A DNA stretch of 64,000 nucleotides. Source: Candidatus Culexarchaeum yellowstonense. Its GTDB lineage: Archaea; Thermoproteota; Methanomethylicia; Culexarchaeales; Culexarchaeaceae. Where the stretch lies: positions 74,007 to 138,006 of the forward strand of contig JANGFR010000002.1 of assembly GCA_024707015.1 (NCBI GenBank). The letters are read 5' to 3'. The notes under the pieces are model-generated. The model had not been told where the DNA came from, did no database searches, and worked only from the letters and a program-made list of their open reading frames with translations. This document shows, one piece after another, positions 10,044 through 19,309 of the stretch (position 1 is its first letter; each line of letters begins with the position of its first letter). Made by a program: the position numbers and the translations under genes.

Positions 10044-10997
10044 TTAGCCTACCTCTTCAACCATTATTGGAACTTTAACCCTCCTATAACCGTAACCTTG
10101 CCTATAAACCTCCAATTCCACGTAACCTTGCATTATGGAGTCTTCCACAGCCCTCCTAAGCTCCCTAACGTCCGAAACCTCTTTACCAGCAACCTTAGTT
10201 ATAATGTCTCCAGGTGCAATTCTGGCTTCATAGGCTGGTGTTCCCGGGATGACTCTAACTATTAGTAGTCCACGTTTGAGTGGTAGTCTGTAGGCTGAGG
10301 CCAGTTGGGGGGTTATGGATGCAGCGTAAACTCCTATCATAGCTCTAACGGGTCTACCATAAGCTTCAATCATTTCCAAAACCCTCTTAACAGTGTTTAT
10401 TGGTATTGCGAAGCCAACTCCTTGAGCATATGGGATTATTGCTGTAACCATCCCCACAACCATCCCATCAACGTTGACGAGGGGGCCTCCACTATTACCT
10501 GGATTTATAGCTGCATCAGTCTGTATTAAGTCTTCCAATGCAACATCCTCGCCCACAATATTCCTACCAACAGCGCTAACCACACCCATGGTGACTGTGG
10601 GTCCAGGTAAACCTAGAGGGCTACCCACGGCGAAAACTATTTCACCAACCCTAAGCTGATTGGAGTCACCTAATGGTAGTGGTTTAATATCCTTTGGGAC
10701 ATTCTCAACGCTAACTAAAGCCACATCCCTATAAGTATCCGCTATTAAAACTTTACCATCAAATCTAGATCCATCAAAGAATATTACATCCACAACCCTT
10801 GCATCGGAAACCACATGTGCATTGGTTACAATTATGTTTTCACCTATTAAGAAGCCTGAGCCAAGCCCCCTAATTGGAACGGTACCAAAAATGCTTTCAA
10901 AACCAAGTTTAACAGTGGTTATCGTTACAACGCCCCTTGAAACTTCATTCACAACTTTAATCACATGTTCATTGAAGTCCTTTAGCGGAGTAGCCAT
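10044..10997 (-). CDS. Trypsin-like serine protease with PDZ domain (HtrA/DegP family, S1C)
   Basis: Catalytic-triad motifs TNAHVV (His), DVALV (Asp) and GNSGGPLVN (Ser). C-terminal PDZ-like segment. Confidence 0.85.
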   Translation of the reverse strand: MATPLKDFNEHVIKVVNEVSRGVVTITTVKLGFESIFGTVPIRGLGSGFLIGENIIVTNAHVVSDARVVDVIFFDGSRFDGKVLIADTYRDVALVSVENVPKDIKPLPLGDSNQLRVGEIVFAVGSPLGLPGPTVTMGVVSAVGRNIVGEDVALEDLIQTDAAINPGNSGGPLVNVDGMVVGMVTAIIPYAQGVGFAIPINTVKRVLEMIEAYGRPVRAMIGVYAASITPQLASAYRLPLKRGLLIVRVIPGTPAYEARIAPGDIITKVAGKEVSDVRELRRAVEDSIMQGYVELEVYRQGYGYRRVKVPIMVEEVG

Positions 10998-11037
10998 AAA
11001 ACCACTGTAATATACTTTGAAGAGATTCGATATAAAC

Positions 11038-11346
11038 CTATTTCAATGGGAATCTCTGAATGAATTTATCACCATCACCTGAAAGCCTATACCTATAACC
11101 ATTCAATTCTAGGTAATTGTTATCCCTAGCATTGGCTTCAATAAGCCTCTGCTTCAATTCCGGGAAATCATCTGAGAAAGCCCACTCCCCAACACCACTC
11201 TTAAATGGATGCCACTTATGAACATTCAATGAAGCTTCAAGGAATCTAAGCCTATCCTGAAGCATATCAATTATCTGCCTAAGCTCCTTAATCTGAGCTT
11301 CAAGCATAACCCTCTCCAAATCTATGGATTCCTCATCCCTCTCCAA
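11038..11346 (-). CDS. Hypothetical protein (N-terminal coiled coil)
   Basis: 102 aa. Charged heptad-like N-terminus (LERVMLEAQIKELRQIIDMLQDRLRFLEASL). No known motif. Confidence 0.35.
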   Translation of the reverse strand: MERDEESIDLERVMLEAQIKELRQIIDMLQDRLRFLEASLNVHKWHPFKSGVGEWAFSDDFPELKQRLIEANARDNNYLELNGYRYRLSGDGDKFIQRFPLK

Positions 11347-11400
11347 GACGCATCAAAATAAATATACATAAATTATATAATAAATGTCTCGGTGTAGGAT

Positions 11401-12399
11401 TTGAAGGCAATGATTTTAATGGAGCAAAAGCCAATAGAGGAAGCACCACTAAAAATGGTGGATTTGGAGGTGCCAACCCCATCCAAGGATGAAGTGCTAT
11501 TAAAGGTGAAGTGTTGTGGAGTGTGCAGAACAGACCTACACATAGTGGAGGGGGAGTTGAAGGCTTTAAAGCTCCCAGTAATAATTGGACATCAAGTTAT
11601 AGGTGAAGTTGTGGATGTGGGATCTGAGGGAAATTCCCATTTAATGGGGAAGGTTTTCGGGGTTCCATGGCTATACTGGAGTTGTGGAAAATGCAAGTAC
11701 TGCATAAATGGAAATGAAAATCTATGCCTAAACGCACTGTTCACTGGATATAGTGTGGATGGTGGATATGCAGAATACATGAAGGCTAAAGTGGATTATA
11801 TACATGAAATTCCATTGGGCATGGACCCAATACAGGCAGCACCACTACTATGTGGTGGAGCCATAGGGTATAGGGCATTTAAAATGGCAAAGGTTAAGGG
11901 GGGAGATAAACTTGGACTATTTGGGTTTGGATCATCAGCACACATGATAATACAAGTGGCAAACAGTATTGGTGTGGAAACATATGTATTCACAAGATCT
12001 AAGAGTTCACAAGAACTGGCCATAAGCTTGGGAGCTAAGTGGGCTGGAGATCCTAGGGAGAATATATCCACACCATTAGATGCAGCAATAGTATTCGCAC
12101 CGGCAGGATGGGTTGCTGTGGAGGCATTAAGGAAGCTTGATAGGGGTGGAAGACTAATATTGGCTGGAATATACATGACTCCAATAGAAAGGTTAGATTA
12201 TAATGACTTATGGCTTGAGAGGGAAATTAAAAGCGTTGCCAACGTTACGAGGAGTGATGTTAGAGAATTCCTAAACATAGCGTCAAAAATAAATTTGAAG
12301 ACAAAAGTGACAGTCTACCCACTGAGTGAAGCCAATGAAGCTTTAAAAAGCCTTAAATTTGGAGAGCATAGTGGATCTATAGTTTTAAAAGTGAATTGA
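11401..12399 (+). CDS. adh: Zinc-dependent alcohol dehydrogenase (medium-chain dehydrogenase/reductase family)
   Basis: Catalytic Zn motif GVCRTDLH, structural-Zn Cys cluster CGKCKYC, and a Rossmann motif in GFGSSAHMIIQVA. 332 aa. Confidence 0.85.
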   Translation: MKAMILMEQKPIEEAPLKMVDLEVPTPSKDEVLLKVKCCGVCRTDLHIVEGELKALKLPVIIGHQVIGEVVDVGSEGNSHLMGKVFGVPWLYWSCGKCKYCINGNENLCLNALFTGYSVDGGYAEYMKAKVDYIHEIPLGMDPIQAAPLLCGGAIGYRAFKMAKVKGGDKLGLFGFGSSAHMIIQVANSIGVETYVFTRSKSSQELAISLGAKWAGDPRENISTPLDAAIVFAPAGWVAVEALRKLDRGGRLILAGIYMTPIERLDYNDLWLEREIKSVANVTRSDVREFLNIASKINLKTKVTVYPLSEANEALKSLKFGEHSGSIVLKVN

Positions 12400-12423
12400 A
12401 GGTTAAATGTAAGTGTAGGATAT

Positions 12424-12975
12424 ATGTCCATCATAATAAGCGAATTGAAGAGGAGACTTAGGGAGCTTGAAGCAAAACACTCAACCAGACCAATACCATC
12501 AATAGTCATAGAAACTGAATTCTCAAGGAAACCTGCAACCATAACATACAATTCAAGCGAATACAGAGATCTAACCGAGATATTTAAGGGAGCTACAGCT
12601 AAGGGGGAGATATTGGGCGATGAATACGTAATATACAATCTACCACAAATATCCTTCGACTCAAAAACATTCAAGAAGATTGAGGATATAGCTTATGGGA
12701 AATTCAAAGTTGAGAGGATAGTGGATGTCCCACCAATACCACACCCAAGATATGGTAGAGAAACCTCAGCTGGATTAGAGTTGATTAAAGATGGTAAACC
12801 CATAGCCACACTATACTCAACTAGATTCCACATAAACATAAACTTTGAACCTGCAGAAGAGCTTGCAGATGAATTAATTAGGGAGGTTTATAGGTTTGAA
12901 GAGAAGCCAAGCTTATTGGCAATACTAATATGGAAGATTAAGAGGTTCCTTAAGAGGAGGTTTGGAGGGGAGTAG
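12424..12975 (+). CDS. Hypothetical protein
   Basis: 183 aa with no recognisable motif. Its 3' end overlaps the convergent amidohydrolase gene by about 50 nt. Confidence 0.4.
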   Translation: MSIIISELKRRLRELEAKHSTRPIPSIVIETEFSRKPATITYNSSEYRDLTEIFKGATAKGEILGDEYVIYNLPQISFDSKTFKKIEDIAYGKFKVERIVDVPPIPHPRYGRETSAGLELIKDGKPIATLYSTRFHININFEPAEELADELIREVYRFEEKPSLLAILIWKIKRFLKRRFGGE

Positions 12976-13686
12976 GGATAGTGAATTCAAACCCATAATC
13001 TTAAGCTTATCATCCCATGAAATCTTCAAATTCATAATCTTTGAAATCTCCATTTGAATGTTGGAGTATGGGTAATCCGAGCCGAATAGCACCCTATCGG
13101 AGCCAACCCTATTAACAGCATACTCAATAACCTTAAACCCCCTATAAGTGGAGGTTTCAAGGAAGACGTTATCAAAATCCTCTGCAACCTTAATAGCATC
13201 AACAGACCCTTGAGCCATATGGCCAACGATAACCTTCAATTCAGGGTACATGGAGCATATATGTCTAAGGGCATCTGGATGGGAAACACCATATCCGGAG
13301 CAATGAACATAAACAGGCATCCTCATCCTACAAGCATAACTCAATATTGGATCGAGTAGTGAAATATTGAATAAACTGTAACCATCAGTTTCAGGTCTAA
13401 ACTTTAATCCAACAAAACCATGCTTCAAAGCCCTTGAAACCTCATCAAGGATGCTTGAACGTTTAGGGTTAACCCAATAAAATCCGAAAAGCCTACCTGG
13501 ATACTTTGAAACTTCACCCATCAATTTGAGATTATGATTTAAACTTGATGAAGCAGCAGTTACAAATCCATGGGAAATGTTGAAGTCATCCATGATTGAA
13601 AGCATGTGCTCAGCGCAAATGTTTGTTGCAAATACCCCGAAAACTGCACCAATATGCATATGGGCATCTACAATCATTTCACTCAT
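12925..13686 (-). CDS. Amidohydrolase-2 family metal-dependent hydrolase (TIM barrel)
   Basis: N-terminal DAHMHIG metal-binding motif with later His/Asp ligands (HMAQGS, GSDYP). 253 aa. Confidence 0.7.
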   Translation of the reverse strand: MSEMIVDAHMHIGAVFGVFATNICAEHMLSIMDDFNISHGFVTAASSSLNHNLKLMGEVSKYPGRLFGFYWVNPKRSSILDEVSRALKHGFVGLKFRPETDGYSLFNISLLDPILSYACRMRMPVYVHCSGYGVSHPDALRHICSMYPELKVIVGHMAQGSVDAIKVAEDFDNVFLETSTYRGFKVIEYAVNRVGSDRVLFGSDYPYSNIQMEISKIMNLKISWDDKLKIMGLNSLSLLPSKPPLKEPLNLPY

Positions 13687-13698
13687 CCAATCGGAAGC

Positions 13699-14388
13699 CT
13701 ACTTCAAAGCATACTTGACGGCTTCCTCAGCTAAAACCTGCAATGGATCCACAATTGGAACCTTCAGATCGCCACTTTTAATAACTACTGAAACCTCCGT
13801 GCATCCGAGGATAATAAGCTCAGCACCTCTAGATATGAATTTATTTGCAACATCCATTAAAAGTCTCCTACCAAGCTCCAGATTCCCAGCCTTAACACCA
13901 TCATATATCCCACTCATAACCAGCTTCTGATCATCATCCCCTGAAATCAGCACCTCAACACCATACTTCCCAAAAGCCTTCTGATATAATCCAGTTTTAA
14001 CAGTTCCAGTTGTAGCTAGAAGCCCTGCAAATTTAATTTTCGGATAAACCTTCGAAACATATTCAGCCGCCAATTCAATCATATTGAAGAATGGGATTTT
14101 AACTGAGGATTTAAGCTCCTCATAATAGTAGTGTGCAGTGTTGCATGGCATTATGATGAAGTCTGCACCAGCCCTCTCAAGCAATCTAGCAGTTTTAATT
14201 AGCTCTGGAACTGGATTCTCCCCACCATAAAGTATTGCCGCAGTCCTATCTGGAACTTTTGGGTTATTGAATATTATTATTGGAATGTGATCTTGATCCC
14301 TCTTGGCAGGTGTAGCTTTAATTATTCTGAGGAATAGTTCTGCAGTGGCTTCAGGACCCAACCCACCCAAAATACCAATAGTCTTCAA
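13699..14388 (-). CDS. Aspartate/glutamate racemase family protein
   Basis: [12 protein letters not shown]-terminal motif and ILGCTE catalytic-Cys motif typical of Asp/Glu/hydantoin racemases. 229 aa. Confidence 0.8.
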   Translation of the reverse strand: MKTIGILGGLGPEATAELFLRIIKATPAKRDQDHIPIIIFNNPKVPDRTAAILYGGENPVPELIKTARLLERAGADFIIMPCNTAHYYYEELKSSVKIPFFNMIELAAEYVSKVYPKIKFAGLLATTGTVKTGLYQKAFGKYGVEVLISGDDDQKLVMSGIYDGVKAGNLELGRRLLMDVANKFISRGAELIILGCTEVSVVIKSGDLKVPIVDPLQVLAEEAVKYALK

Positions 14389-14442
14389 AGCCTGACACCA
14401 CGATAAATAATGTTGAATCAGCCATTATTAAAATTAACCCTT

Positions 14443-15087
14443 CTAAACCTTAAACTTCAAGGTCATACCCATCAGTTTAAACTCACATTCACTGCAAAAC
14501 GTGTAACCCTTGAAATCGGTGTCAATAATGCTATTGCTGAAATGCATAACACACCGCCTATTTGGACAATGCCTTAAACCAAGTGTATGTCCAAGTTCAT
14601 GAACAGCCTCCTTCAAAGCCCTCTCAAAAAACAATTCCAAATCAGCACTATAACCATAAAATTCAGGCCTCAACCTATATAGGGATATAACTGCAAAACC
14701 ACCTCCAAGCATAGCTTCACCGAAAACGAAGTTGAGGGCATCAGCATACATATCCACATCCAAAACACCCAAAACCCTATAATTAATTGAAATCCTCCCG
14801 AAACTCCTACTGAGATAATTAAGTATGATTGAAGAGTTATACTGCATCCTATGGGAATTATAAGCTTCATCAATCAACGGCAACTCATACTCAGAAACAA
14901 TGGCTCTGAAAAATTTAACCTTAGAATTAATGTCGAAAGCTAAACGCTCAACAACTGCTGGCTCAACAAACCCTACTGGCTGAACTAGAACATTGATCAA
15001 CCTATTCAAAGCGTAAAACCATAAAAATATATTCAGAATGCAAATATAAAAATAAAACCGAATTACAAGCATAATGTGGAAAGACAT
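14443..15087 (-). CDS. amzA: Archaemetzincin (peptidase M54)
   Basis: HELGHTLGLRHCPNRRCVMHF...CSEC matches the archaemetzincin signature HExxHxxGx3Cx4CxMx17CxxC exactly. The N-terminal ~45 aa of the 214-aa ORF look non-native, so the real start may be internal or non-ATG. Confidence 0.85.
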   Translation of the reverse strand: MSFHIMLVIRFYFYICILNIFLWFYALNRLINVLVQPVGFVEPAVVERLAFDINSKVKFFRAIVSEYELPLIDEAYNSHRMQYNSSIILNYLSRSFGRISINYRVLGVLDVDMYADALNFVFGEAMLGGGFAVISLYRLRPEFYGYSADLELFFERALKEAVHELGHTLGLRHCPNRRCVMHFSNSIIDTDFKGYTFCSECEFKLMGMTLKFKV

Positions 15088-15125
15088 TTAAGATTAATTT
15101 ACAATTAACTTCTGGAAGTGGGATA

Positions 15126-15683
15126 TTGTCGTTAAACCTTTGGAAGGATATACCACCAGGAGATAATCCACCGGAAATATTGAATATGGTCGTTGAAGTT
15201 ATAAGTGGATCGAGAGACAAGTATGAATATAACCGTGAATGGGGCGCATTCGTACTCGACAGAATAATACATACATCCACAGTATTCCCAGTGGATTATG
15301 GATTCATACCACAAACATGGTATCATGATGAAGACCCACTGGACATAATGGTCTTATCATATGAGCCTCTTGAAATTGGATGCATAATAAAGGTTAGACC
15401 AATAGGTGTACTAATACTTGAAGATGAGAAGGGGGAAGACCCAAAAATACTCTCAGTTCCAATAGCAGACCCAAGATTCAATGGGATAACAAGATTGGAA
15501 CACGTACACCCACACCTATTAGTGGAGATAAGGGAATTCTTCGAAGCATACAAGAAGCTTGAACCAAATAAGTGGGTTAAATATAAGATGTGGGGAGACC
15601 ATGATTTGGCCAAGAGAATAGTTATGGAGAGCATAGAACTATATAAGGAGACATTCCTGAAGGCAGAGAAGAGGAAGGCATGA
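15126..15683 (+). CDS. ppa: Inorganic pyrophosphatase (family I)
   Basis: EVISGSRDKYEY, FPVDYGFIPQT and DPLDIMVL match the family-I PPase active-site motifs. 185 aa. Confidence 0.9.
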   Translation: MSLNLWKDIPPGDNPPEILNMVVEVISGSRDKYEYNREWGAFVLDRIIHTSTVFPVDYGFIPQTWYHDEDPLDIMVLSYEPLEIGCIIKVRPIGVLILEDEKGEDPKILSVPIADPRFNGITRLEHVHPHLLVEIREFFEAYKKLEPNKWVKYKMWGDHDLAKRIVMESIELYKETFLKAEKRKA

Positions 15684-15729
15684 ACACATATTTATACTGA
15701 AATAGGGCAATGAATAATGGATAGGGGGT

Positions 15730-16122
15730 ATGCCATCCAGCTACGTTAAAGGCAGGAAATTCGAATACACAGTTAGAGCAAAATTTGCAAAACACGGTTA
15801 TCTAAGTATAAGGGCTAGTAGCAGTAAGGGGACACCTAAAGGCCAACAGCCACTAGATATAGTGGCAGTAAAGGATGGGAAGATAATAATGGTGGAATGC
15901 AAAATGCAGAGGGAGAAGATAACACTACAACTATTGAGGGAGATGAAGGAGCTTGGTGAAAAGTATGGAGTGAACACAGTAATAGTTCACAGCAATAGTA
16001 GGATAACATGCATAGTAGTGCACGATAAGGATGGAATTATAAATGAATTGAAGAATGTTTTTGAAGAAGTTAAGGTTGCAAAAATATTTAATGAAGAATA
16101 TGAGTTTATTGAAGTCACATAA
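15730..16122 (+). CDS. hjc: Holliday junction resolvase Hjc/Hje-like
   Basis: KGRKFEYTVRAKFAKHGYLSIRASSSKG...LDIVAVKDGKIIMVECK aligns with Hjc KGSAVERNIVSRLRDKGFAVVRAPASG...PDIIALKNGVIILIEMK, including the catalytic E, D and E-x-K positions. 130 aa. Confidence 0.6.
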   Translation: MPSSYVKGRKFEYTVRAKFAKHGYLSIRASSSKGTPKGQQPLDIVAVKDGKIIMVECKMQREKITLQLLREMKELGEKYGVNTVIVHSNSRITCIVVHDKDGIINELKNVFEEVKVAKIFNEEYEFIEVT

Positions 16123-17530
16123 CCTTATGAAACCTATCCCTCTCAATATACATGTCAACCCTTCCATCACTGTAAATCACAAACTCCACAGGCATCCTAA
16201 CACCATTGGAGTAAACGTAGAATCTATTGGACTCCATTAAATCATCCTCTGGAATTAGTGGCATGGTAATGCTTCCAAAAACCCCCTTCTGAACCAAGTA
16301 TAGCATCCCACCCCTATTAACAACTTCAGCATTATCCACACCCATATATGTGGAGTAATGGCCGCAAAGAATATTCATCTTCCTCCTAACCTTAACATAT
16401 GGAACTTCCTCAGGATCCCTCCCCAAAAGGATGGCGTAGAGGGTTTGTGCAAACTCATCATATGGGAAGCCAGCTGAATTAGATGCCATGGCTATGCCGA
16501 AACCATACTCCGGTAGTAGTGATAGGTGGGATGTTGAAACCAGTATTGACCCTCCATGTGAAACAAGTTTAGTTCCAAAGAACCCCTCAATAACACTCCA
16601 ACCATAACCATACCCATGCTTACCATAAAGTTCCCTCGGGAATTCTATATGTATCTTGAACATTTCCTCCAAAGATTCTCTACCAATAACCCGTCTACCA
16701 TCAAATACACCCCAATTCAAATTGGCCACCAGGTAATTGGATAATTCAGTAACGGAGCTTATCAATCCACCAGGAGCTGATATGAAGGAGAATTCAGGGT
16801 TATCTTCAACGTTTGGATATGGGTATGGTGTTGGTATGAATCGTCCAGATTCATCCACCCTATATGGTGTTATCCTATCAGGATCCCTCTCAAAAACGCT
16901 CTTAACAAATGTGCTCCTAAACATTTTAAGAGGCTTCAAAACATTCTCAGTTACATAAACGTGGAATGGCATCCCACTAACATTTTGAATTATGTGTCCA
17001 AGCATCCTGTAACCAGCATTTAGATAGAAGTATCTCCTTCCAGGTTCATCCACAATCTCATTTTGAGCTCCATTAACAAACCTATAGAAATCATTCACAC
17101 TGGCCATGGGTATACCCATATGAAATCCCATACCACTCTGCAATATTATGGTGGAAGTCCCTAAATCTGGAATACCGGAAGTGTGTGAGAGGAGGTGGCG
17201 TATACGTATAGGCTTATCCTTAAACCCTATCTTTAAAGGAACATGATTGGATACTGGATCGTCGAGGGATATCTTCCCAGACTCGACAAGCTGCATTATG
17301 GATAAAGCCACAAAGGATTTGGTAGTTGAACCTAAACCATAAAGGGTGTTGGGGGTTGCTGGGAGAGCCCTCTCCAAATCCCTATAACCAAACCCCTCAC
17401 GATACAGAATACCACTCCTATCCACAATGGATATACTGAACCCTGGAACTTTGAAGCTCTTCATTAATTTTGGAACTTCCCTCTCCACATAACCCTTAAC
17501 CCTATCAATCTCACGTGACATAACCATCAA
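16115..17530 (-). CDS. Serine hydrolase, beta-lactamase/PBP-like family (class C beta-lactamase/esterase fold)
   Basis: S-x-x-K active-site motif in LGSTTKSF, a YxN-like segment and an HGG segment. 471 aa. Confidence 0.8.
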   Translation of the reverse strand: MMVMSREIDRVKGYVEREVPKLMKSFKVPGFSISIVDRSGILYREGFGYRDLERALPATPNTLYGLGSTTKSFVALSIMQLVESGKISLDDPVSNHVPLKIGFKDKPIRIRHLLSHTSGIPDLGTSTIILQSGMGFHMGIPMASVNDFYRFVNGAQNEIVDEPGRRYFYLNAGYRMLGHIIQNVSGMPFHVYVTENVLKPLKMFRSTFVKSVFERDPDRITPYRVDESGRFIPTPYPYPNVEDNPEFSFISAPGGLISSVTELSNYLVANLNWGVFDGRRVIGRESLEEMFKIHIEFPRELYGKHGYGYGWSVIEGFFGTKLVSHGGSILVSTSHLSLLPEYGFGIAMASNSAGFPYDEFAQTLYAILLGRDPEEVPYVKVRRKMNILCGHYSTYMGVDNAEVVNRGGMLYLVQKGVFGSITMPLIPEDDLMESNRFYVYSNGVRMPVEFVIYSDGRVDMYIERDRFHKVM

Positions 17531-17635
17531 ATAATACTATTAACATTGAGGCTATTAAAGGGTTTGTAAAACGCCTAGAACCATGAAATTTACATTTATC
17601 ATTTAACCGCCATGAATAAAATGTTATTCAGTTGA

Positions 17636-18079
17636 CTAGTACTTTAATCTTTCAAGTATTATTGAGGGGCAAACCCTCTTCACACCCTCAATACCCCCAA
17701 TCCCCTCAGAAAGAATCCTTGAGAGGTCATTGCCATCCCTAGCCCAAATTTCAACCATAATCATATGATCACCAGTGGATATGAATACATTTTTGGCTTC
17801 AGGAAGTTCACAGATCTTCTTAGCAACTTTTAAGAGTTGCTGAGGCTCCACATCCACACCCACAATTGCTACAGAATTGAAACCAAGCTTGTAGGGATCA
17901 ACAATCACAGTGAACTTATTTATAACATTACCCCTCTTCAATTTCTCAACCCTCTTCCTAATTGTAGACTCACTCAAATTCAGCCTCCTAGCCAATTCAC
18001 TAAAGCTAATATCACCCTCCTCCATCAAAATACTTATAATCCTAAAATCAACCTCATCCACCACGGCTAATTCACCCAC
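17636..18079 (-). CDS. lrp: Lrp/AsnC family transcriptional regulator
   Basis: N-terminal HTH (DFRIISILMEEGDISFSELARRLNLSESTIRKRVEKL) and a C-terminal RAM domain. 147 aa. Confidence 0.85.
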   Translation of the reverse strand: MGELAVVDEVDFRIISILMEEGDISFSELARRLNLSESTIRKRVEKLKRGNVINKFTVIVDPYKLGFNSVAIVGVDVEPQQLLKVAKKICELPEAKNVFISTGDHMIMVEIWARDGNDLSRILSEGIGGIEGVKRVCPSIILERLKY

Positions 18080-18152
18080 CTAAAGTTTAAAGCCATAACA
18101 TAGTGCTAAAATCGGACAATAAAGTTATATTATAGTCTTAAATATAAATTTA

Positions 18153-18668
18153 TTGGGAAATGAAATGAGGAAAATAAGTGAAGAAAATCTTAAAAACGCA
18201 CTTTCAGGGGAAAGCCAAGCACACATAAAGTACATGATTTACGCAGAGAAAGCTGAGGAGGAAGGGTTTAAAAACGTTTCAAGACTATTCAAAGCAGCAG
18301 CATACTCGGAATTCATACATGCAAAAAACCATTCCAGAATTCTAGGTATAATTAAAAGTACAAAGGAAAACCTTGAGAATGCAAGGAATGGGGAGAAATT
18401 TGAAGTTGAAGAAATGTATCCAGTATACAATCTAGTTGCAAAGAGTCAAGGTGAAAGTGGAGTTGCATTGACCACCAATTGGGCTTTGGAATCTGAGAAA
18501 ATCCACTTATCACTATACGAGAAAGCAAAGAGCAAAGTTGATATGGGAGAAGACATGGAACTAGGGGAAATACATGTATGTAGCATATGTGGATACACAG
18601 TTGAGGGGAAGAAACCAGAAAAATGTCCAATATGCGGTGCATCAAAGGATAAATTTAAAACATTCTAA
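18153..18668 (+). CDS. rbr: Rubrerythrin
   Basis: Ferritin-like di-iron ExxH motifs and a C-terminal rubredoxin-like CSICGY...CPICG. 171 aa. Confidence 0.9.
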   Translation: MGNEMRKISEENLKNALSGESQAHIKYMIYAEKAEEEGFKNVSRLFKAAAYSEFIHAKNHSRILGIIKSTKENLENARNGEKFEVEEMYPVYNLVAKSQGESGVALTTNWALESEKIHLSLYEKAKSKVDMGEDMELGEIHVCSICGYTVEGKKPEKCPICGASKDKFKTF

Positions 18669-19264
18669 TGGTGATATATATGAGCATGTATAAACCAACA
18701 AACTATGAACATCTAATAGGATTAAAGGGGTTCAGCGAACAACTACTCAGAAACCACTTCCAATTATACCAAGGATACGTATCCAACACCAATAAACTCA
18801 TGGAAACCCTTAGAAACCTTGAAAGGGAGGGTAAAATTGGAAGCCCCGAATACGCCGAAGTTAAAAGGAGATTCGGATGGGAATTCAATGGAATGCGCCT
18901 CCACGAATACTACTTCGAAAACATGACAAAAGAATCCATGGAACCAAACAAGAATTCAAAACTATACTTGAAGATCGTAGAGGATTACGGTTCTTACGAG
19001 AATTGGGAGAAGGAATTCAAATCCATTGGAGCTATGAGGGGGATTGGCTGGGTAGTATTATACTATGATGCAAAGGCTAATAGGCTTCTAAACGTTTGGA
19101 TAAATGAACATGATGTGGGACATTTAGCTGGCGCAAAACCAATACTGGTTATGGATGTCTTCGAACATGCATACATGTTGGATTACGGATTGAAGAAGGT
19201 GGATTACATAGAAGCATTCTTCAAAGCCATCAACTGGAGAGAAGTTGAAAAGAGATTTGAATGA
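18668..19264 (+). CDS. sod: Fe/Mn superoxide dismutase family protein
   Basis: C-terminal DVFEHAYMLDYGLKKVDYIEAFFKAINWREV matches the SOD [28 protein letters not shown] block (Asp/His ligands present). The N-terminal ...LRNHFQLYQGYVSNTN resembles the HHxKHHxxYVNNLN block but has fewer His. The start codon overlaps the rubrerythrin stop, so the real start is probably the ATG near 18680. Confidence 0.65.
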   Translation: MVIYMSMYKPTNYEHLIGLKGFSEQLLRNHFQLYQGYVSNTNKLMETLRNLEREGKIGSPEYAEVKRRFGWEFNGMRLHEYYFENMTKESMEPNKNSKLYLKIVEDYGSYENWEKEFKSIGAMRGIGWVVLYYDAKANRLLNVWINEHDVGHLAGAKPILVMDVFEHAYMLDYGLKKVDYIEAFFKAINWREVEKRFE

Positions 19265-19302
19265 AGTGAAACCAAAATAGATGAAATAAATATCAACTCA
19301 CC

Positions 19303-19309
19303 TTTTTTT
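19303..19309 (+). terminator. T7 tract downstream of the SOD gene in a convergent intergenic region; candidate archaeal oligo-T terminator
   Basis: ccTTTTTTTa about 39 nt after the stop at 19264, between convergent genes. Confidence 0.3.
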
